DNA of 64,000 nucleotides from a virus. Below the pieces are notes generated by a model, which saw only the letters and a list, made by a program, of their open reading frames with translations, was not told the origin of the DNA and made no database searches. Of this stretch, positions 55,637 to 64,000 are shown piece after piece; within the stretch, counting starts at the first letter, position 1, and the number at the start of each line of letters is the position of its first letter. The stretch spans positions 23,952-87,951 of the IMG/VR virus record IMGVR_UViG_3300023082_000001. One strand, given 5' to 3'. Made by a program: the position numbers and the translations under genes.

Positions 55637-56186
55637 GGATACAGGAATGTTTCAATTAGACGTTATGCGATTTCTTGTAATGCAGTTTGACAACCAAACC
55701 GACTCTATGATTCAAATTAGTCCATCACTAAGCCTAGATAATGCAAGAAAGTTCATCGCAAATAGTCGGGATTGTGAGCCAACTTTAGAGTTCTATTTAA
55801 TTGCAGTATTGGAGGAATAACCATGAACACAGCATACAACACATTTGCACAAGCAATGAACAGTATTGAACACTTCCACTCTGAAGGTTATAAGAGTTTC
55901 AAATTGTTTAAAGAAAATCGTATGTGGTATATTGAGGTGAAAGCATGATCACTCTAGAAGAGTACATTAGGCTTCGTAAAGCTGAGCTTGAAAGCTTTTA
56001 CGGCCATTGGCTAGCACAACATGACGATGACCCAGACAATTGGCCTATGCAGATGAATTATCCTGATTGGGCTGAACAGGAAATGATGATCAACGACGTT
56101 TAACTACCTCTGCCAACAACATGACACAACAACGCGTTCTCCAAACACACAATCAGCGACATGAAAATAATTTGAAAATTCTTTCT

Positions 56187-56223
56187 AAACCCTCTTGATT
56201 GAGGGTTTCTTTTCGCCTATAAT
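56187..56223 (+). promoter_or_regulatory. Second sigma70 promoter with -35 in a hairpin loop
   Basis: AAACCCTC-TTGATT-GAGGGTTT-CTTTT; TATAAT at 56218 (17-bp spacer). Confidence 0.8.
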
Positions 56224-56450
56224 TTACCTCAAGCACACAAACAAAGCTTTCTGGAGAATACACATGACTGGTCAACTTTTTTGCGTTTTTTACAGCACAC
56301 GCCACAATGCCAAGATGATGGTAAGTGTCGGTAAGCTGTGTGTGTTTATTCACGCACATGATGGCGTAGAAGCTTGTGTCAAGGCCATTAGCCTGTTGTC
56401 TGAGGATGATGTGTTGATTGAGGGCGTTGAAAAGATTTGCTGATTAGGTG

Positions 56451-56478
56451 TTGACAGGATTTCTAGATAGCGTAAACT
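56451..56478 (+). promoter_or_regulatory. sigma70-type promoter
   Basis: TTGACA-16-TAAACT plus A/C-rich leader. Confidence 0.65.
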
Positions 56479-56955
56479 GAACACAAGAAAGCAAACACAC
56501 AGGACACACAGCGATGAACTTCACTAAAATCATCCTCACTAACGTATCCACTCAAACCATTTTACACACATTCCCTTTCAATCAAACTAATGAAAGAATT
56601 GCTGACAAAATGGCTAGGGAGTGGAATATGGGGAAAGGAAGTAGGATGGGGCTTGTGGGTGTGGTTTATAAATAGTAAATTAATTAAATAATTGGAGAGA
56701 TGAGATGAAGACTTTCAAAGCTGTGTTTATTAAGAATGGTTTGAAATACGAAACCTACTGGCAAGCGCTCTCTAAAGATAACTGCATTGATGATATTGAA
56801 AAGTTATTCACTTGTGAACCAGATTACGGCTCAATCAAACCTCAAAATGCTGTCATGTCTGTTGAAGAAATGCCTGATGTCGAGGATGAGAGCTCGGAGT
56901 GGGAAGATACTTTTGGTGCGGACTATGAGTCTTAAATGATGCTGATTAAATTAAT

Positions 56956-56980
56956 AACCCTCTTCGGGGGGGGGGTTTCT
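56956..56980 (+). terminator. UUCG-loop terminator containing a G10 run
   Basis: AACCCTC-TTCG-G-run-TTTCT. Confidence 0.55.
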
Positions 56981-57372
56981 GTTGTTTATTAGGAGAAATA
57001 GATGAAGAAGCAAGTGTGGCCTGTATTAGGTACTGATGATTGTAATTACAACCCTAGAGCAGTTCTAGGTGTTTACACCAAAGAGCAAGATGCTAATAAA
57101 GCATTGGAATGGTACCAAGAGTCTGGGGAATACTATTGGATTGAAACATCCACTCTCTACGACAGTTTTACTGATAAATAAAATGACTGAGAAACTATCA
57201 CAAGAAGAGGTGGATGCCATGATGTTGAGAGTCGAAGCTAATGCAGACTACTTGATTAAGTTAGGCAAGAAAGGCTGGGTAAAACAGCGCAAGGCAGCAC
57301 GTAAGCTTAAAGAGTACATGCATGATCTAGAGCAACAAGAGCGTCTAATTGAAATTGAGGAGGAAAAACTAA

Positions 57373-57894
57373 TTGAGCCGCAAAGATAAGGAACTTGCCT
57401 ACAAGCTTCGGGAGCAAGGCTACAGCTACGCTGAGATAAGTCAAGAGTCTGGTTATTCTGTAGACTGGTGCAAAAAGAATCTAAAGGATACCTATAAAGG
57501 TTTGGTTAATGACATTAGATTTCTCTTCTCTGAAGATTGGTATATGAAAGAAGGTAATCAGTGGCCTCTTTACATTGATGACATCGTATCAGGTATTGCA
57601 CGCCTAGACTGGTATGGTGAACGTGAACAACAGATACCATTGTCAACAGTTAAGATCATTAGTTGCTTTCTTTGGCTAGATGTTATTAATGCACAAAACA
57701 TTAGCTTGTTAACAGGACTGGGGAAGAAACATTCTGAGAAATATGAAAGAGCTTGTCGGCTAGCTTATCCCTTCTTGAAAAGATCAATTGACGGGCCTAA
57801 CAGGTTTAGGCGGTATCCGTCTCAATCTATTGTTTGTTATGCAAATGGTATTGCTGAAGGGTATGACAAAGGTCAAACTAGGAAGCTTAAGTAA
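57373..57894 (+). CDS. HTH DNA-binding protein (putative regulator)
   Basis: N-terminal AYKLREQGYSYAEISQESGYSVDWC helix-turn-helix; second HTH-like NAQNISLLTGLGKKHS; TTG start after SD GAGGAGG. Confidence 0.65.
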   Translation: MSRKDKELAYKLREQGYSYAEISQESGYSVDWCKKNLKDTYKGLVNDIRFLFSEDWYMKEGNQWPLYIDDIVSGIARLDWYGEREQQIPLSTVKIISCFLWLDVINAQNISLLTGLGKKHSEKYERACRLAYPFLKRSIDGPNRFRRYPSQSIVCYANGIAEGYDKGQTRKLK

Positions 57895-58019
57895 AATGCA
57901 CTTTTGGATTGCATTACTTATAGTCAGTTTATAGTGGAAAGAAGATAACCTTATAGAGAATCTCTATCAACACAACAGAAGTAATAGAAAAGAAAACAGA
58001 AATAATCTTTAATTTCTTG

Positions 58020-58048
58020 TTGACGTGTATCGTGGGTTGTCTTAGAAT
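58020..58048 (+). promoter_or_regulatory. sigma70-type promoter
   Basis: TTGACG-17-TAGAAT. Confidence 0.8.
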
Positions 58049-58593
58049 AGACACATCAAAACGAAACACTAAGCAAGGATAGAGAATATGAACCTCACCA
58101 AAGAACAAGTAATTGAGCAACTTAGCAAGTTCACCCTCATTGGTGATGGTAAGATCATGTTTAAAGTGATTGACTACAGTGAGAATCGTTTTGCACCTGA
58201 AATGGTTGCATACCGTGTTCATTACACAGATTATACTGGTAAGCGTTGCAAAGTAACTTACTATCCTAACACAGTTGGTTTTCAGTGGAGCTGATCAGAA
58301 TGTTTAACTATCCAGACCAAGCAAAGAATGAAGCCACACATACTGATGATATGGGGAATCTTTACCGGGTGTTAGGAGATAAACCTGTTGAGTTTTGTGT
58401 TGACTATTGGGATAGGCGAATGGATCGTTGGTGTCAAGATATAGGTAAGACATTTCCCTACTTAGTCAAGTTAGTAAAATAACTTATAGCCCTATAGCCC
58501 ACGTTGAGTGGGCTTAGCTTTGCCTGTAATCCTTCAATAAACAATCTCTATCAATCCACAGCTAACAATAGAAAATAAGAAAGAAAATAGCTC

Positions 58594-58621
58594 TTGACCT
58601 TAGCTTTGAAAGGAGTAGAAT
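58594..58621 (+). promoter_or_regulatory. sigma70-type promoter
   Basis: TTGACC-16-TAGAAT. Confidence 0.7.
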
Positions 58622-60260
58622 TAGCTTATCGAAACGAAACACACTGAACAGGAAGAATTAAAGTGAAACGTGAACAGTTCCTTATCACCAGCACTGAATG
58701 TCACAATGTAGTTAAGTACAAGTGGAACTCAGCTAATCGTGAAGTGGAAAACTTGATTGGTGAGGTTGCTAATGAAGACGGTGAGCGTTGGAGCCTTGTG
58801 CAATCTGAATCTGAAAAAGATGGTAAGTTTCATATATCAGGTGTTAGGGTATGGGAAAGAACAGATGGTAAACAAATCACCTTCTTTATCACTAAAGTTG
58901 CATAAGGAAATATATAATGTTTAGTGCCTACGCTCTGATGGTAGCAGTAATGATCAATGGTGAAGTGTACGAATCAGTTCCATTTGTATTCGACACTAAA
59001 CAAGAATGTCTTGCATATGAGAAGGCTGTGACAAAAGATTATTATGAGACCAAATGCTTTAAAGGGACATTTAAGACAGAGAATAAGTAAAGGAAATAGA
59101 TATGAAAATTACATATGATGTATTTGACAAGACAGGGATTGCAGAGACGTATCTGATCAAGGTGTCGAGCTTACAAGATAGCTCAAAAGACTATCTAGGG
59201 GATCTTGTCTATGATGTTCTAGAGGGAGATACGTCGCTATTGGACGAATTCCAACGTGTTGATATGGAGATTTATTGCAGCAATGAGTATGTCAGATGGT
59301 GGAGTGATTACATGAAAGGCTAGATCTTAAGTTTTTAAATAGGAGAAATAACATGTTCGAATACATGCCACATTTTGAAGATAACCTGGGCAACACCTGG
59401 GAAGTGAATACAATTAATTTTGTACTCATGGGGTTTGGTCGTGGCTTGTTCATAACAGCCTATTGTCAAGAACTAAAGCAAGAAAAGACCTTCACTTACG
59501 CCTATCTCAAAGATGAGCTTGTACAATGGAATTCTTGCGAGACAGTGGACTGTCTACCCCTTGATGGTAATTTCCAATCAATCTGTCAGAAAATGTTCAA
59601 AGCTTTTGACAATCAGGAATAATCAAATATGTTTATTGAAGAAATGATTTTTAGTGGTAAGCACTATTATCGTCAGAACGAGCTACAAGCTTGCCTAGAG
59701 GCTTGTAAAGCTTTGCCTGTCGAGTCGTTCCAGACACACTACAACGTCACATCAGGGACTAGCTCAGCCTGGTGGACGCACCAGAAAGTAAGCATCTGTT
59801 TTAAGGTGGAGTTTAACACTTGCCAGGAAATGCTAGCTCACTGCAATAACCTGGTAGAAGTACCAGACATCCCTACACACGATAAATGGAACAGACCGGT
59901 CATTGACCTGGTAAGCCAGGATGCATACAAAAAGATTATTAAAATTCTTGAAAATACGTTTTCTCCTGAAAATACCCCTTGCACTCTCTAGGCAATCTGA
60001 TAGAATCAATCCCATGAAGAGGAAACATTCTGTTCCTCAAGTCTCTAGGAGAGACGCTATGAACGCCATCACTATCCTCCGTTCTGACATGATTGTTTTC
60101 TGTCTTGATGAAGCTATCGCCAAGGCTTTCAACGAGCCTACAGACATCGTTAAAGAGGGTTTGACCGGTACAGGTTACGGAACTGTTGAAATCAATGGTA
60201 AAGCATATGACTGGACACAGAGTCATGATCGATTCAGGTTCTTTCCTGCTGAATAATACT

Positions 60261-60338
60261 AGGGGCCGAAAGACCCTTTTCTTTTCTCTAAAATAAATCA
60301 AAATAGTTGTTGACCAGATTATCCGCTGTCGCTAGAAT
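60261..60338 (+). promoter_or_regulatory. Terminator plus UP element plus sigma70 promoter
   Basis: GAAA-loop hairpin with T tract, CTAAAATAAATC, then TTGACC-17-TAGAAT (60310-60338). Confidence 0.75.
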
Positions 60339-60975
60339 AAACACATACAGAGACAGAACGTCTCGCCAGATTCAGACTGGGTTCTTCTGAAGGGAGTTTT
60401 ACCATGAACAACGAAATTGCAGTTTCCTTCGCTTCCCTGGTAAAATCCAATAACGGTTTCTTTAAATCTGAAAAGCAATCAGCTTTTCTGCTCTCCAAGT
60501 GCCAGGATACGAACACATTTGTTTGTGGCGGTTCTGTCTATAACAATTCTTTCACAATGTTTTACATCTGCGATTCCCTGGGTGTGGTCAAGGTTGAAAA
60601 GTACACACCTAAATCTGGTAAGACTGTCACCACATGGGGGCGTCAGACAGAGGAACAATATCAAGCAAACCTGGCTACCAAGGAAGCTTCCAAAGCCCGT
60701 GACATTGCTTTACAGGAAGCTCAAATGGCTAAGTTCCAAGCTCGCCAGGATGCTTTCAACAAAGCCCTCCTAGTTGCTCAAGAGATTGTTAAGGGTGAGA
60801 TGATTAAAGCCGGTAGTGATGAAGGTATGGCTACTCGTGCAGTGTCCCGTATCCTCAAGGATCAAGATGGAATCACATCTTGCATGGATGCCCTGGTTAA
60901 GTTCCCTGAGTTCGTAGTTGCCTGGGAGGCATACAACAATGAACCTGGAGTGTAAAAGCTCCCTGGTGAGCTAAT

Positions 60976-61063
60976 AGGCGCCTTCGGGCGCCTTTGTCTT
61001 GTCTAAAATAATCTGTAAATACATGAAAATAATTGTTGACGGACATTCTGATTCTGTTAGAAT
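60976..61063 (+). promoter_or_regulatory. Terminator plus UP element plus sigma70 promoter
   Basis: AGGCGCC-TTCG-GGCGCCT-TTGT, CTAAAATAATC, then TTGACG-16-(TGn)TAGAAT (61036-61063). Confidence 0.75.
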
Positions 61064-61301
61064 GAACACATAGAAACAAACAACTAAACACAGGAAGAAA
61101 GAATATGACTACTCAAAAAGAACTGACACTGTGGTCTGCACGTACTTCGGTAGCTCAAGGTAATCACTTTGTGGCTGAGCGTAAAGTAACTGAAGAAACC
61201 GCCCAAGAGTGGCTTAAAATTTTCCGTGAAGATGAACCTAATGTTTTGTTCCTAGTGTGCAAGAATAAGCCTAAAAATAAATAAGCTAGCAGGAAGCTAT
61301 A

Positions 61302-61333
61302 ACGTCCCACATTGTGGGACGTAGTTGTTTGTT
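61302..61333 (+). terminator. Terminator ending the rightward early arm
   Basis: ACGTCCCAC-ATT-GTGGGACGT followed by GTTGTTTGTT. Confidence 0.65.
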
Positions 61334-61930
61334 GTCATATTGACAACTGTTTAATTCTACTCTCCAACTATCCCCTCTCAAATCCCCTTCTAAACCTTGT
61401 CTCTCAAGCTCTGTAGTCACTCTATTAGGTACTATAACTTGCCTGTAATGTGACCACTATCAGTAGGCGAGACTACCTTTAATAGTTAAGCACGATCAAC
61501 ATTCCCTCCTGTAACGTTATCATTCCACTCCACACTAACACAATCCTGTCAACAAATCCCTCCAACTATTACTATTTATCATCACATTGCCTGCATTAAT
61601 AGCTTATGTCTATTATTGTGCAGAGTGGTTGCAAGTGTGCTTTGTCAAGGACTATCTGTCCATTAGTGTGTCATCTATCTTATTAGCTTAGTGTATTAGT
61701 CTAATCACATTAATCAATTCTGTTAGTCGGTAGTAGTGTTGGCACAGGATAAGCATGTATATAATGTGTGCCAAGATAGGTATGGTGTGGTGAATAGTGT
61801 CTATTAGATTGGGCTAGGAGATAGTAATAGTGTATTAAGAGGGAGACTATTAGGGAGAGAGTTGTGATAGAAATAATTCATCAGCATATTTGGCGATTCT
61901 GCTTGTCATATTGTGGTGGGTAGTGTAGGG
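61332..61930. other. Non-coding, strand-skewed region (candidate terminal repeat/packaging or origin region)
   Basis: No ORF of 60 aa or more. C-rich left half, G-rich right half, six TAGTGT copies, bracketing 11-bp direct repeat. Confidence 0.5.
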
Positions 61931-62069
61931 TGTTAAGCCCTTCAGAAATAGCGACAGGTGTTTACAGACTACAGACCTTCAGCCATATTCTAGACAAAAA
62001 GAAAGAGGTCTTCTGTGTAAGCAAGACCTCTATTTTACAGGGGGTTGTTAATATTACTTGTGCTATGAC

Positions 62070-62825
62070 TCAGATTTCTACTTCTCGCCAACCTCTCCAT
62101 TTAAACTTAGCCTCAATTTCAAAGTTGTCTTGGTCATCCAGCCATACATCTAACATGAACCTACCAGTGTCCCCAAGATGAACATCCTTAAGAAGTGTTC
62201 CGTCGTAGAAGATATCATGGAGATACGCTGAACAAGGTGTTATGCTGGTAATGGACAAGCCATTTCGATCATCTTCATACTCAATAGAATATAGTGTCTT
62301 CATTTGTTATTCTCCAATATTTCCAAGGCACCTCTAAGATATCCCATGGCAAACTGTGTCACTAGATAATCAGGTGGGCATTGTCCATATTCATCTTTAA
62401 ATCTTCCCTCTCTAACTCCTGTTGAACAGTACTCTGAATACAAGTCTAGATTATCTAGTGCTGTCTTCAGCAAACCTTCCACTGTTGGTGTGTCTTCCAT
62501 ATTAGCTACAAATAACCCCATACTATTCTAGCTCCTCAAGCAGTTCTGGATGCTCTCGTGTAAACTGTTCTTCCATATCCTCATCTACCTTAACTTCTTT
62601 TTTATTACACCGTATGCAGTAGTAATTATCAATCCAAGGCACTATACCAGCATCTAAGTTCAATCTATAGCTGTGCTCACACTGATCTTTCAAAGCATTC
62701 TTAAGATGTCTATATTTCTCTCTGATAGGAGCAGCAACAACTTGAATCTCATCACGCTCTAGTCTATCCAGTTCACGTATGGCTCTAGATATTTCTCTTT
62801 GTGTTAGCTCCGGTGCTTCACTCAT
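62070..62825 (-). other. Three small hypothetical ORFs (62070-62303, 62300-62521, 62523-62825)
   Basis: Coupled ORFs with SDs; 62523-62825 has CEH...YYCIRC zinc-binding potential. Confidence 0.6.
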
Positions 62826-62887
62826 ATTTTCATCTCTACTATAAAATAATTTAGCCTCTTAATTGAGGCTTGTTCAAACAGCTTGTG

Positions 62888-63226
62888 TTAATACCTATCC
62901 ACTTGTACACCCAACTTCTTATAGAAGTTCTCACTACCAATAACACCGTACCCTGCACACTTAACTTTGTCTCCAAACCTGTTTACAAGCTTTGTACCCA
63001 ACCCTTTACGCCTCCACTCCTTACGAACAAATACAGACACAAGACCATCAGACTTGGTTAGGAGTGCAACAGCTACAGGCTTCTTATTTTTGTATTCAAG
63101 CTTAATGTCATACAGCTTAGGATAGTCTACAGCATATAGCAGCTCCTCTCTGAGCATCCAACCATTAACGAATAGGCGATGAGTGAGTGCAAGTTTAGCT
63201 TTCTGTGCTGTTGATAGTCTCATCAC
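62888..63226 (-). CDS. GNAT-family acetyltransferase
   Basis: Acetyl-CoA-binding motif A VSVFVRKEWRRKGLGTKLV and motif B S.NFYKKLG. Confidence 0.8.
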   Translation of the reverse strand: MMRLSTAQKAKLALTHRLFVNGWMLREELLYAVDYPKLYDIKLEYKNKKPVAVALLTKSDGLVSVFVRKEWRRKGLGTKLVNRFGDKVKCAGYGVIGSENFYKKLGVQVDRY

Positions 63227-63354
63227 ATCTTTTCCTTCTTAGGCATCTCTTCCAATTGCTCTAAATCATTTTCATAGAACAGTCTATTATCCATCCACTC
63301 CTGTTCCTCCCAATTGTAATACATCATGTCTTCCTCATATTCTTCGTCTGTCAT
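63223..63354 (-). CDS. Very acidic 43-aa peptide (below ORF-track cutoff)
   Basis: MTDEEYEEDMMYYNWEEQEWMDNRLFYENDLEQLEEMPKKEKM; SD GGAGG; overlaps both neighbours. Confidence 0.6.
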   Translation of the reverse strand: MTDEEYEEDMMYYNWEEQEWMDNRLFYENDLEQLEEMPKKEKM

Positions 63355-63752
63355 ACATCCTCCAAATAAACCCTCATAGCCCACGTCACTTGCCTACGCA
63401 AGCCTTCTTTGTAGTCATATATCACCCCATCCACAACAGATAAGGCGTGACCCCTTACACAGACATAGAATCGTCCTTCACTGTGTTTTTCAATGAAATT
63501 CTTCAATGTAATTCTGTTAGCTCTGCTATAAGGGCCCACTTTATATTTAGTATTCTTCAAGCTTGGTACTACCACTTCACGACTAACAATTCCCTTTCTG
63601 TTTTGCCTTCGACAATGCTTCTTCAAATGAGCATGAGCTTTCTCGTAGCTTGTGTTAAATGTTATAGCAAAAGCTTTGACAGTGCAATCATTTGATTCTC
63701 TCATGTTCTTTGTGTTTGTACTGAACATGTCAGCTACGTTTTTGAATTCCAT
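63351..63752 (-). CDS. Papain-fold/peptidase-C39-like protein (putative)
   Basis: NDCTVKAFAI (Cys) and GHALSVVDGVIYD (His/Asp) arrangement. Confidence 0.5.
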   Translation of the reverse strand: MEFKNVADMFSTNTKNMRESNDCTVKAFAITFNTSYEKAHAHLKKHCRRQNRKGIVSREVVVPSLKNTKYKVGPYSRANRITLKNFIEKHSEGRFYVCVRGHALSVVDGVIYDYKEGLRRQVTWAMRVYLEDV

Positions 63753-63754
63753 AC

Positions 63755-63955
63755 CTATAACACCTCTCTAATAGCTTCTTCCAAGCTAATTCTCTGCACA
63801 TTTATCCCTTGTGCAGCTGCTTTCTCAACAATCCCTCTCAACACCGCCTCCCCATAACTTGAGAGCTTTGTGCTGTGTTTGTTCACAACATATTGACTAC
63901 CTGAATACCCTGAGACAATATAACTCTGATAAGAGCTTTGTTCAATCTTAGTCAC
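63755..63955 (-). CDS. Hypothetical protein
   Basis: 66 aa ORF. Confidence 0.45.
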   Translation of the reverse strand: MTKIEQSSYQSYIVSGYSGSQYVVNKHSTKLSSYGEAVLRGIVEKAAAQGINVQRISLEEAIREVL

Positions 63956-64000
63956 ACCAGAGTTAAGCTTCCAAGCATCACCAGTAAGGTAACCCCCATG

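Larger units (their letters stand above)
55649..61284 (+). other. Host-takeover region II: about 20 small ORFs in short promoter-terminator units (e.g. 58088-58294, 58663-58905, 59102-59323, 59629-59991, 60404-60955, 61105-61284)
   Basis: Each unit has a promoter, an A/C-rich leader, an SD and often a hairpin terminator. Confidence 0.7.

Noticed and set aside
22378-61010. Recurrent GCCTAAA/GTCTAAAAT just after terminator T tracts
   Set aside because: Short, AT-rich and commonly seen downstream of intrinsic terminators; not distinctive enough to call a separate element.
61930-62181. Plus-strand 83-aa ORF at the edge of the non-coding region
   Set aside because: Mostly antisense to 62070-62303 with no SD; likely spurious.
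1-64000. tRNA genes, CRISPR or TIGR-like repeat arrays, integrase/att sites, reverse transcriptase
   Set aside because: I saw no cloverleaf with T-loop GTTCRA in intergenic DNA, no periodic repeat-spacer array, and no recombinase or RT motifs (YxDD) in the ORF track. This was a by-eye reading, so very degenerate arrays cannot be fully excluded.

Overview
This is about 64 kb of a strictly lytic, contractile-tailed phage (myovirus) genome, with PAK_P1/Felix-O1-like capsid and tail modules. The host is probably a Pseudomonas-like gammaproteobacterium (inference). Layout: (1) 1-22.3 kb, + strand: head, neck, tail, baseplate, tailspike and fibre genes and an unusually large lysis cassette, with one GIY-YIG-type homing endonuclease inserted after the tape measure gene. 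(2) 22.4-44.9 kb, - strand: an SF2-helicase-like ORF, Rnl2 RNA ligase, nrdA/nrdB, thyX, a phosphoesterase, a T7-like replication set (exonuclease, SSB, family A DNA polymerase, primase-helicase), several HNH genes and small ORFs. (3) 45-61.3 kb, + strand: a host-takeover region of small ORFs behind about 11 sigma70-type promoters. (4) A gene-free, strand-skewed stretch of about 600 bp at 61.3-61.9 kb, then convergent - strand ORFs. I found no tRNA, CRISPR array, integrase or intron. The best candidates for undescribed biology are a second, minimal (457 aa) polymerase at 46439-47812 with PolA/T7-RNA-polymerase catalytic motifs, a lysis cassette with two complete tandem spanin pairs, terminator/promoter hybrid elements, and the 61.3-61.9 kb region. 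All family assignments come from motifs read by eye; no database search was run.
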